In this document: positions 18,301 to 25,738 of the stretch, piece after piece
How the letters are laid out: every line of letters begins with the position of its first letter
Numbering within the stretch: the stretch's first letter is position 1
From: an uncultured Bacilli bacterium
Lineage (GTDB): Bacteria; Bacillota_I; Bacilli_A; RF39; UBA660
DNA: 64,000 nucleotides
Reading direction: 5' to 3'
Assembly (NCBI GenBank): GCA_934154785.1
Contig: CAKPGL010000002.1
Coordinates: forward strand, 1,780-65,779
Translations under genes and position numbers: made by a program
Notes under the pieces: generated by a model
Told to the model about the DNA's origin: nothing
Database searches by the model: none
What the model saw: the letters and a program-made list of their open reading frames with translations, nothing else

Positions 18301-18471
18301 CGTATTAAAGTATATTATGATGGTGATACTTTAATTGATGATACAATAAAAACATACAGTGAATTTATTAAGAATGAGACATTAGCGGTAGAATTAATTA
18401 AAAAATCGAATGTTAGTGAAAAATTTGATATGAATGATACTACGGCCGAACTTAAGATTGAAAAAATATAA
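15373..18471 (+). CDS. ileS: isoleucine--tRNA ligase, long (type 2-like) form
   Basis: PGIHHV (HIGH region), KMSKS, CP1 editing domain, about 1032 aa. ATG 15373 follows GGAGG; the track start 15358 contains the RBS. Confidence 0.95.
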   Translation: MFKELKKGKISEIESEFVKYWKDIDILDKSTNRKDCNENYVFYDGPIYANAKPGIHHVFAKTIKDSFCKYQVMNGKRVLRKIGLDTHGLPIEVNVEKKLGFKSKADIEAFGVENFCKECNHETASNIDEVDKVTDMMGQFIDTKNPYITCSNDYIESEWWILKEMHKKGLVYYGSKVLPYCPRCGTELATHEVSQGYQEDTVNTVIVPFKLVGKDEYLLVWTTTPWTLMDNVAACVNPNYEYLKVESKGYKFIVGKTLANKVLGDEYEVLETYKGSDLVGLEYEQLMPFAKVDGKAFIVVADEYVTDEDGTGIVHIAPAYGADDNRVCTTNGISFIQSVDASGCYKVGPWKGTLVTDKELEIDIIKWLKENDKLFKKIKMTHDYPHCWRCKSPLIYYAKPAWYIRNTSYKDKIIEANKTINWYPDYIGTKRFNNWLENMLDWGISRNRYWGCPLPIWTCQECNHFEVIGSKDELKSLMVEKDIDVNSLELHRPYIDKIHITCSKCGHVMNRVPDVMDVWFDSGCMPYAQYHYPFENKELFESQFPADFIAEGVDQTRGWFYVLLVISTIISGKSSFKNVVVNDMMLDANGKKMSKSTGNIIDPIEIMKQYGADANRWYMLYTSPVWTPLRFDVDGLKEVSSKYISTFKNTYSFFQMYANADNIDPREYTVDYEKRELIDKWILSKLNKLIKEVTDAYNSYDLTVVVRKITDFLNNDLSNWYIRINRRRFWESELTENKKAVYLTTYEVLLTLTKLVAPITPFISEEIYKCLTEKESVHLESFPKYNADLINDAIEEKMDLVRDICSLGRFARDDAKIKVRQPISEVIIDSNNKDIIGDIDTIIKEELNVKNILYISDMTKYMDYVIKPNFREVGKKLGSKVKAFQESLTTLTNEQISTLKEKSIVINVAGEDLEVTPDMVEINVKVKEGYYSSSNAKTFVILNTELTQELILEGIARELVRKIQSLRKDADLVITDRIKVYYDGDTLIDDTIKTYSEFIKNETLAVELIKKSNVSEKFDMNDTTAELKIEKI

Positions 18472-18501
18472 TATATAAAACTATTTTAGAATAATATGAT
18501 G

Positions 18502-18580
18502 AAAGTATACACAAAAGTAAAATCGACTTTGTTTCTATGCTAAGAAATATAGTTTGATTTAGAAATGTGTATACTTTTTG
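18502..18580 (+). terminator. long-loop hairpin terminator after ileS
   Basis: 12-bp stem AAAGTATACACA (18502-18513) pairs with TGTGTATACTTT (18566-18577), followed by TTT. The loop is unusually long, about 52 nt. Confidence 0.45.
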
Positions 18581-18808
18581 TTTTATAAGTTTAAGTTAAA
18601 AATCATTATAATATTTACAAAGAGTTTAAAAAATGATATATTTTATATAGGGTAGTGATACTCAATTATTGGTATAAGTGTTATTATGGAGAACGTTAAA
18701 ATTGTATATTAAAAAAATGATAGTTATAAAAATAATTATTATTTATATTTATATGGTCTACGTAATTAAACATTTACTAAAAAATAAGAGAAAGAAAGAG
18801 GTAAGTTT

Positions 18809-19831
18809 ATGAATTGTCCTAATTGTGGAACGTTAAATAATCAAGATTCAAAATTTTGTATAAAGTGTGGTAATCAACTTTCTACTAATGATGTAGAACA
18901 AATGGTTTCTATTCCAATAAATGAACCAGTATCTACAATAAATCAAAGTGAAAACAATATGTACTCTAGTGAGCAAATTCGCTCTAATAGTTTAAATGCA
19001 AATTATATGAAGCCAGAGTATAATCAATCAACGCAAAACATTGATTCAACAAATTATCAATCAAATCAAACAAATGATAATGTTGGTTTTCAAAGTAATG
19101 TTTATCAGCAACCGGTTTATACTCAAACAACAACACAACAATCAGTAAATAGTGGTAGTAATGCTAGTACAGCACCATTAAATTATTTAATGTATATAAT
19201 AGCGGTTTTAATAAAACCATTTAAAAGTTTTAAAGATGAAGAAACAAAGTTAAATAATACTAAACATTCATTTATTTTAGCACTTATTATTTCTGGAACT
19301 ATGACCATAATAAATTTGATAAAAACTATATTTTTAACTGTAAGGGTTGCAAGTTATAGTTGGACTAAAGGTTATACTTATTCTTGGGAATGGGATAATT
19401 TAAAGAATATTAAGTGGCTTGAAGTTATTGGAAAAAATTTCTTAATATATGCTGGTATAATTTTAGCAGTAGCGTTAGTGTTCTATTTAGGAAGCTTAAT
19501 TGTAAAAAAAGAATTAAGCTTTGTAAAATCATTATCAATCGCTTCAACAGCTATTATACCTGTAGTTATAGGTGCAATGATAATTTCTCCATTGGTGGGA
19601 AAGATTTGGAATCCATTAAGTGTTGTGTTTACTGTTGTAAGTGGTACTTATTCGTTAATTATTCTTTATGAATTAATGAATGATAAACTAAAATTAGATG
19701 AAGATATAAAGATTTACTTTAATGTGGTTTGTCTTGGTATATTAGCGGTTGCGGGATATTATGTATATATGAAATTATTAATGAGTTCAGTAACTGATGG
19801 ATTAAATGGATTATTGGATTTATTTAAGTAA
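18809..19831 (+). CDS. zinc-ribbon membrane protein with Q/N-rich linker and Yip1-like multi-pass C-terminal domain
   Basis: MNCPNCG...KFCIKCG zinc ribbon, a Q/N/S-rich low-complexity stretch of about 90 aa, then 5 predicted TM helices. Confidence 0.7.
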   Translation: MNCPNCGTLNNQDSKFCIKCGNQLSTNDVEQMVSIPINEPVSTINQSENNMYSSEQIRSNSLNANYMKPEYNQSTQNIDSTNYQSNQTNDNVGFQSNVYQQPVYTQTTTQQSVNSGSNASTAPLNYLMYIIAVLIKPFKSFKDEETKLNNTKHSFILALIISGTMTIINLIKTIFLTVRVASYSWTKGYTYSWEWDNLKNIKWLEVIGKNFLIYAGIILAVALVFYLGSLIVKKELSFVKSLSIASTAIIPVVIGAMIISPLVGKIWNPLSVVFTVVSGTYSLIILYELMNDKLKLDEDIKIYFNVVCLGILAVAGYYVYMKLLMSSVTDGLNGLLDLFK

Positions 19832-19868
19832 TTTATTTAATTAATAAACTGTTCAAAATGTGATGCTT

Positions 19869-19892
19869 AAACCAAGATTTAAATCTTGGTTT
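19869..19892. terminator. bidirectional terminator between convergent genes
   Basis: Perfect palindrome AAACCAAGATTT/AAATCTTGGTTT at 19869-19892. Confidence 0.55.
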
Positions 19893-19920
19893 GCTTGATT
19901 AGTTTTGAGTATTAGAAAAA

Positions 19921-20619
19921 TTAATCACTATGATTTTTGTTTTTAATATATTCACGGAGCATTTTAGTAAGTGCTCTTTTTTCTATTCTGGAAACATAAC
20001 TACGAGAAATACCTAGTTTTTTAGCAATATCTTTTTGAGTTATTTCTTTATTACCATCTAGACCATATCTTTTAATGATTATATCTTTTTCTCGGTCTGT
20101 TAATACTTTAAAATAATTTTTTAAAAGATTTATATTGTTTTTATTATGTATTTCCATAGCGTAATCAGGGTCGGGGGTTTTTAAAATATCTAAAAAAGTT
20201 ATTTCATTGCCATCTTTATCAAATCCTATAGATTCATTTAAACTAATATTTTTATTATTTTTTTTATTACTACGATAGTACATTAATATCTCATTTTCTA
20301 TACATCTCGCACAATATGTAGTTATTCTAGTACCATGTTTATAAGAGTATGAATCTATCCCTTTAATAAGACCAATTGTACCTATACTAATTAAATCGTC
20401 AGTATCATTATTTTTATTATCGTATTTTTTAACAATATGCGCAACTAATCTTAAGTTATGTTCAATTAATTTATTTCTTGCGTCAACATCTCCTAATTTA
20501 GCTTTTTCTATAAGAACTTCTTCTTCCTCTTTAGATAGTGGATCAGGGAATACATTATTAGAGTAAGCAGCACTAAATAAATAGAAATCTTTAAATAAAA
20601 ATTTTAATAATTTAAACAT
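19921..20619 (-). CDS. sigK: sporulation sigma factor, SigK-like (pro-sigma-K, uninterrupted)
   Basis: NNVFPDPLS, LIEHNLRLVAHIVKKY, IGTIGLIKGIDSY and GISRSYVSRIEKRAL match my recollection of B. subtilis SigK more closely than SigE. A hydrophobic pro-sequence of about 18 aa precedes the YSNN motif. Confidence 0.75.
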   Translation of the reverse strand: MFKLLKFLFKDFYLFSAAYSNNVFPDPLSKEEEEVLIEKAKLGDVDARNKLIEHNLRLVAHIVKKYDNKNNDTDDLISIGTIGLIKGIDSYSYKHGTRITTYCARCIENEILMYYRSNKKNNKNISLNESIGFDKDGNEITFLDILKTPDPDYAMEIHNKNNINLLKNYFKVLTDREKDIIIKRYGLDGNKEITQKDIAKKLGISRSYVSRIEKRALTKMLREYIKNKNHSD

Positions 20620-20713
20620 ATTTCACTTCCTAATAAAAATATATGTAAAAAATTTTAAAAAATAAAAGGAAATAAAAAAGTTTTGTTGTATGTTTAAATT
20701 AGGGAGGTAAGAA

Positions 20714-22027
20714 ATGAAGAAAGTTTTATTAAGTGTTTTGTTAAGTTTAATTTTGAAGGAGGGAGTTAGTGCTAAAATATATTATTCTGATTATTCAGAG
20801 TTTAGTGATTATAGTTTAGAAAAAATAGAAAGTAGTGATTTAGTAAATGTAGAGGTAAAAAAGGTTTATAATAAATATTTTAGTGTGGCTGTAGGTGATT
20901 ATTATAGATTAGATGAAAATCCAGTATTTTATCCCTATATCAATGTAAATATTTATAAAGATACAGAATTTACAAATTGGAGTAGTGTATATCCTGAAGA
21001 TAGGTTAGGTAGAATTATTGAAATTAAAAATGTTTGTGATAGTAATGATTGTAAATTTAATCACTTTGAGTATAGATATAAGGATAGATTATATTTTCAT
21101 TATCAAAACATTGAAAAAGTATTAGATGAGGACTCTGTTTTAAAAGGATATATAAAAGATGAACATGACTATAAAAGCTATTATAGAACCCAAGTTAGAG
21201 ATAAAATAAATATTAGTGATGAAATAATTATTACAAAGAATAGTCAAACTATAAATGATTTTATAGATAGTACTGTACCTTATCAAGTTAGTGGTAATAT
21301 AGATTACTCTAAAAATGATATATATACTGTAAATATAGTTACTAGTTTTGTGACTATACCATTAAGAGTAGAAGTACTTATTTTTGATAATATTGTAGAT
21401 AATTATAATAAAGATTTGTTTAATAAAAATTTAGATATAGAAAAATTAAATAAGGAAATAGAAGTATATAAAAATAAACTTGTTATTAGTAAACAAAATG
21501 AAAGTACTTTGAATAAAAAGATAGGAGATTTACAACTTGATATAAATAATTTCTATATTTTAAATACAGAAATGAAAGAAAAAAATACTTTGTTGGAAAG
21601 TAAAATAAATGATTTATATCAAGAAAACGGCTTATATCAAAAATCAATTTTGGAATGGAAAAATACTAATGATAACTATGAACTAGAAATATCTAAAAAG
21701 AGTAGTGAAATAAATCTCTATAAAAAGAAAATCCTCGATTTGAACAGAATAATATATGAAAAGAATATTGAAAATACTAGTAAGGATAGTATTATAAAAG
21801 ATTTAAATAATAGGATTGAAGATTATGAATTAAGTTTATCTAAAGATAATGATATTTTAAAAAAACTTAATTTATGTAATGAAGTAAATAATAACCTAAA
21901 TAAGAAAATTAATAACAGTAAAACTATAGAAAAACAGAATGTAGTTTACATATTATTTATTAGTATTATATTCTTTTTTATAGGATGTTCAATATTAAAA
22001 ATAAAGTCGATTAAAAAAAATAACTAG
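20714..22027 (+). CDS. secreted/anchored coiled-coil protein (437 aa), unknown function
   Basis: N-terminal signal peptide, globular N-terminal half, long N/K/E/L coiled coil, and a C-terminal TM helix (VVYILFISIIFFFIGCSIL). RBS GGGAGG. Confidence 0.65.
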   Translation: MKKVLLSVLLSLILKEGVSAKIYYSDYSEFSDYSLEKIESSDLVNVEVKKVYNKYFSVAVGDYYRLDENPVFYPYINVNIYKDTEFTNWSSVYPEDRLGRIIEIKNVCDSNDCKFNHFEYRYKDRLYFHYQNIEKVLDEDSVLKGYIKDEHDYKSYYRTQVRDKINISDEIIITKNSQTINDFIDSTVPYQVSGNIDYSKNDIYTVNIVTSFVTIPLRVEVLIFDNIVDNYNKDLFNKNLDIEKLNKEIEVYKNKLVISKQNESTLNKKIGDLQLDINNFYILNTEMKEKNTLLESKINDLYQENGLYQKSILEWKNTNDNYELEISKKSSEINLYKKKILDLNRIIYEKNIENTSKDSIIKDLNNRIEDYELSLSKDNDILKKLNLCNEVNNNLNKKINNSKTIEKQNVVYILFISIIFFFIGCSILKIKSIKKNN

Positions 22028-22030
22028 TTT

Positions 22031-22037
22031 TGTCGAA
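22031..22037 (+). promoter_or_regulatory. consensus Spo0A box upstream of spoIIAA
   Basis: TGTCGAA in the context TTTTGTCGAAACT, about 50 nt upstream of the GTG start at 22088. Confidence 0.45.
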
Positions 22038-22087
22038 ACTAAAACTAATACTTAAATTATGTGTTAAATTATTAACGAGGTGATAAA

Positions 22088-22429
22088 GTGTTAAGTATTA
22101 GTTATGAATTTCGTAGAGGAATTCTATTTATTAGATTGATAGGTGAACTAACTAAATATACATCTTGGAAATTAAAACATGAGATAACTGATATGATTGA
22201 AGATAATGGTATCACTAATGTTGTGTTTAATTTATCAAAACTTATTTATATTGATGATACTGGTGTTAATAATTTATTAGAAAATTTTAAATTATGTAAA
22301 AAAAATAATGGTTCTGCTTTATTGTGTGGAGTTAATAATAATATAAAAATGGCTTTTAGAAATAATAAATATAGTATGGACAAAGTAATTGATGATGAAC
22401 TTAGTGCATTTGGCAAAATTGTCATATAA
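22088..22429 (+). CDS. spoIIAA: STAS-domain anti-sigma-factor antagonist (SpoIIAA-like)
   Basis: 113-aa STAS fold. It has DDTG where SpoIIAA has DSSG (a Thr at the phosphosite position). Sits directly upstream of a SigF-like gene. GTG start follows GAGGTGA. Confidence 0.7.
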   Translation: MLSISYEFRRGILFIRLIGELTKYTSWKLKHEITDMIEDNGITNVVFNLSKLIYIDDTGVNNLLENFKLCKKNNGSALLCGVNNNIKMAFRNNKYSMDKVIDDELSAFGKIVI

Positions 22430-22432
22430 TAT

Positions 22433-23098
22433 ATGAATGAACAATTATTAAATTTAATCAAGGAAAATGAAAAGTTAATTTATAAAATAACCCATTTTTT
22501 TACAAATTATGAATCTAAAGAAGATTTGTTTCAAGTAGGCTGTATAGGTTTAATAAAAGCATATCAAAATTATAAGGAGGGATATAATACTAAGTTTACT
22601 ACTTATGCTTATCCATATATATTAGGAGAAATAAAAAAATATGTTAGAGAGGATAAAGGAATAAAAGTAAGCCGTGATATTACAAAATTAAATTTAAAAA
22701 TAGAAAAAGCAAATGTACTATTAACTCAAAAACTAATGCGTGAGCCAACTACTTTAGAACTATCTAATTTTTTAGGAATAAATGAAGAATATATTATTGA
22801 AGCCCTATCATCTAATAATATTATTTATAGTCTTGATGAACCTATAGAATGTAATGATGACACAGTAAGTTTATATGAAAAAATAGGATCAATTAATACA
22901 CTTGATAAAGAAACGCTTATTGCCTTAAAAGAGGAGTTAAACTCTTTAAATAAAGAAGACTACAATATAATAAATAGTCATTATTTTAAAGATTTAACGC
23001 AAAGTGAAATAGCAGAAAATCTTGGTATAAATCAAGTACAAGTATCAAGAAGAGAAAAAAAGATATTAGTAAAATTAAAAGACAAACTAACAGCTTAA
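22433..23098 (+). CDS. sigF: SigF/SigG/SigB-group sigma-70 factor (SigF-like by context), compact 221 aa
   Basis: DLFQVGCIGLIKA, F.TYA.PYILGEIK.Y.R.D...KVSR and GINQVQVSRREKKIL match the SigF/G/B group. Starts 4 nt after the spoIIAA stop. No SD sequence seen. Confidence 0.75.
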   Translation: MNEQLLNLIKENEKLIYKITHFFTNYESKEDLFQVGCIGLIKAYQNYKEGYNTKFTTYAYPYILGEIKKYVREDKGIKVSRDITKLNLKIEKANVLLTQKLMREPTTLELSNFLGINEEYIIEALSSNNIIYSLDEPIECNDDTVSLYEKIGSINTLDKETLIALKEELNSLNKEDYNIINSHYFKDLTQSEIAENLGINQVQVSRREKKILVKLKDKLTA

Positions 23099-23188
23099 TA
23101 TTAAATAACTTTAGTTTGTTTTTTGTTGCATTTTTTAAAAATGTAATATATAATTATTTTAGTGTAACATAATAGTAAAGGTGATTTT

Positions 23189-25228
23189 ATGAATAGGAAC
23201 GTTCGTCAAGGTAAATTATTAACAAAATTGCAAGAGATGTCATTTTTTAAGAAAAATATATTATTTATTGCTATTTGCTTTGTTTTACTTGCTTTTTCTA
23301 CAATTGGGTATGCCGCTTTAAATCAGAAATTATTTATTAGTGGAGATTTAGCACTTCGTGCAGTTAAAGATATTCGTATATCTGATTTAAAATTAGTAGA
23401 AACTTTGTCTGGTGGCTATGAACAATATAATAGTAAGTATACAGCAGATACTATAACTATTACATCAGCTTTAGCGGAAGATGGTTCCGCAACTACTTAT
23501 CAAGCGACTATTACTAACTATGGTACTACTGATATGGAAATAGCATCTATCTCTTCTAACAGTACTACTTGGTTTGCTGATTGTACTATTAGTGGTCTTG
23601 CAAAAGGTGATGAAATTTCTGCTGGTGCCTCAAAAACATTTAAAATAACTTTAAAAAGAAAGGCAAATATTGCAACAACAAGTTACGTAGCTGCTACACT
23701 GGTAGAATTTAAATTCCAAGAAGCCAAGGTTAGATATTTAGCATATAACATTGGTGGAAATAGTATCCAAAATGGTACACCTTCACCTAGTAGTGCATCA
23801 GAAATAGAAAGTGTAGGAGAAAAAACTGATAATTTGTTGGATATGGCCGATTTTAATGTAAATTTTACTGATTCATATTATACTAATACAAAAACAAATT
23901 ATATTCTAAAACCTAGTACTACGTACACCTTGTCATTTGATTATAAAATAAATTCCGCTACAACTACTGTAAAATTTGGTGTAGGATATGGTACTAGCGG
24001 TTATTCTACTGATATTGTATATTCAAGTAACTATTCAAACCAAAGTTCGGGCAGAAATACATTAACATTTACTACACCTGATACTATAGGTAATGATAAA
24101 TATTTGGCTGTAAGATTCGCAAGGACATCTGCTTCAGCTAGTGTAGATGTAGATATTAGTTCAATACAATTAGAAGAAGGAAGTACATCTTCTTCATATG
24201 AACCATATGGATATAAAATACCAATAAAGGTAAGTGGTAAAAATTTGTTTAATGCACCGTTATGGGAAACGAGTGTTACTGGAAATGGAATTACAGTAGA
24301 ATACTTAGAAAGTGAGGATTGCTTTTTACTAAATGGTACTGCTACATCGACAAACATTGTTGCAGGAAAGTATATAAATATACCGAGTGTACAAGGCACG
24401 TCATATGTTTTGTCAGCTAAGTATGTAAGTGGAAGTATAGATAGAACAAATGGTTCCGGTGGTAAGTATGCTGTAGCGTATTTTGGAAATGCTGATACAA
24501 TAAACACAACGAATAACTGGCATAGCATACATTTACAAAACCAAGATGTTACTGGTTCTGTAAAAGTAAATAATAAAAACTATATAACTAGGTTTTGGTT
24601 TTATGTATCTCAAGGTGTTACTTTTGATAATTATAAGGTTAAAATTCAATTAGAAGAAGGCAGTACCGCAACTGATTATGTTCCTTATGTAGAACCTAAA
24701 ACTTATAACATTTATTTAGATGAACCACTTCGTAAAGTTGGAAATTATGCAGATTCTATTGATTATGCAAATGGGAAAATAATTAGAAATGTAGGAATAA
24801 AAAATCTTTCAGAAATTAAATCGTTAAGTAGTTGGGATGATAAAACAACTCATTGGTATGGTTACTTTTCGCTTTTAGATGATGCTAAGGCAATTTCGGA
24901 ATTGAAAATTATGTGCGATAAATTTGAGTGTAAATATCCAAGAAACTCTAATATAGCAGAAACCTATTTGTCAAATGATACTGCATCATATCCTAAAATA
25001 ATATATTATAGCATTGTAAAAACAGAGTGTCCAGAAGTTAGTTCGCAAAGTGAAATGTTAACCTGGTTAAAAAATACCAATGCTAACATACATTATGTTT
25101 TGGCAACACCAATCGAGGAGACAATTGAATTACCAGAAATTACTGTATCATCTTCATATACTAATTATGAAATTTTAACAAATGTAGAACCAAGTAGTTT
25201 TACGTCTGAAGTAAAAGTTAAAAATTAG
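23189..25228 (+). CDS. membrane-anchored extracellular protein with two jelly-roll-like modules ending in a (I)QLEEGST..(S/D)Y.PY motif
   Basis: N-terminal signal anchor followed by YAALNQKLFISGDLALRA. Duplicated QLEEGST...Y(E/V)PY motif (DNA at 24167-24210 and 24647-24690), a motif I associate with phage tail-fibre and lectin-like domains. RBS AAGGTGA. Confidence 0.7.
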   Translation: MNRNVRQGKLLTKLQEMSFFKKNILFIAICFVLLAFSTIGYAALNQKLFISGDLALRAVKDIRISDLKLVETLSGGYEQYNSKYTADTITITSALAEDGSATTYQATITNYGTTDMEIASISSNSTTWFADCTISGLAKGDEISAGASKTFKITLKRKANIATTSYVAATLVEFKFQEAKVRYLAYNIGGNSIQNGTPSPSSASEIESVGEKTDNLLDMADFNVNFTDSYYTNTKTNYILKPSTTYTLSFDYKINSATTTVKFGVGYGTSGYSTDIVYSSNYSNQSSGRNTLTFTTPDTIGNDKYLAVRFARTSASASVDVDISSIQLEEGSTSSSYEPYGYKIPIKVSGKNLFNAPLWETSVTGNGITVEYLESEDCFLLNGTATSTNIVAGKYINIPSVQGTSYVLSAKYVSGSIDRTNGSGGKYAVAYFGNADTINTTNNWHSIHLQNQDVTGSVKVNNKNYITRFWFYVSQGVTFDNYKVKIQLEEGSTATDYVPYVEPKTYNIYLDEPLRKVGNYADSIDYANGKIIRNVGIKNLSEIKSLSSWDDKTTHWYGYFSLLDDAKAISELKIMCDKFECKYPRNSNIAETYLSNDTASYPKIIYYSIVKTECPEVSSQSEMLTWLKNTNANIHYVLATPIEETIELPEITVSSSYTNYEILTNVEPSSFTSEVKVKN

Positions 25229-25251
25229 CTTACAATTAAGTAAGCTTTTTT
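25227..25251 (+). terminator. intrinsic terminator
   Basis: AGCTTAC (25227-25233) pairs with GTAAGCT (25240-25246), followed by T5. Confidence 0.6.
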
Positions 25252-25252
25252 G

Positions 25253-25282
25253 GTATATAAATAGATATTTTTTTCCATAATA
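25253..25282 (+). promoter_or_regulatory. forespore (sigma-G/F type) promoter candidate for spoVAC-AD-AE
   Basis: GTATA (25253-25257), 18-nt spacer, CATAATA (25276-25282). This fits the published sigma-G consensus GHATR-17/18-CATXHTA. Confidence 0.5.
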
Positions 25283-25299
25283 AACTTAGGAGGAATTAT

Positions 25300-25737
25300 A
25301 TGGAAAAAAGAAAATATAAAGAAATTGTTGATAAACATACTCCCAAAGAAAACACCTTATATAATAGTTTAATAGCGTTTATAACAGGTGGTTTAATGGG
25401 AGTAGCGGGTCAAGGATTAGTAGATTTATATTCTTACTTATTTAATATATCTACTAAAGATGCTTCAGTATTTATGATAGTAACGTTAATATTTATTGGA
25501 TGTTTACTTACTTGTTTTGGTTGGTTTGATAAAATTGTTAATTTTGCTAAATGTGGTCTTATTGTTCCAATTACAGGATTTGCTCATTCAATGATGAGCG
25601 CTACTTTAGAATATCGTAAGGAAGGATTAGTAACAGGAATAGGTGCTAATATGTTAAAACTAGCTGGTTCAGTAATTATATTTGGGGTAGTTAGTGCATA
25701 TATATTTGGACTTATTAGATTACTAATAATGGGATAA
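25300..25737 (+). CDS. spoVAC: stage V sporulation protein AC
   Basis: Close match to the SpoVAC pattern: GG...GQG, VP(I/V)TGFA.SM.SA.LEY..EGL..G...NM.KLAG.VI.FGVV.AYI.G.IR. Confidence 0.85.
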   Translation: MEKRKYKEIVDKHTPKENTLYNSLIAFITGGLMGVAGQGLVDLYSYLFNISTKDASVFMIVTLIFIGCLLTCFGWFDKIVNFAKCGLIVPITGFAHSMMSATLEYRKEGLVTGIGANMLKLAGSVIIFGVVSAYIFGLIRLLIMG

Positions 25738-25738
25738 T

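Noticed and set aside
18502-18577. 12-bp stem enclosing a 52-nt loop after ileS. I considered it as a possible small RNA or riboswitch-like element in the 337-bp intergenic region.
   Set aside because: I recognised no conserved motif and there is no promoter upstream of it. The simplest reading is an unusually long-looped ileS terminator. The rest of the spacer (18580-18808) is featureless AT-rich DNA.
24031-24528. 165-aa minus-strand ORF inside the 679-aa surface-protein gene.
   Set aside because: It lies fully antisense to a much longer ORF that has an RBS, a signal anchor and repeated motifs. It has no RBS or promoter of its own. This is a typical shadow ORF.
23189-25228. Interpreting the QLEEGST..Y.PY-motif protein as part of a prophage tail module.
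   Set aside because: No capsid, portal, terminase, tape-measure, holin, lysin or integrase genes flank it. It is bracketed by sigF and spoVAC. It is kept only as a stand-alone surface-protein finding.
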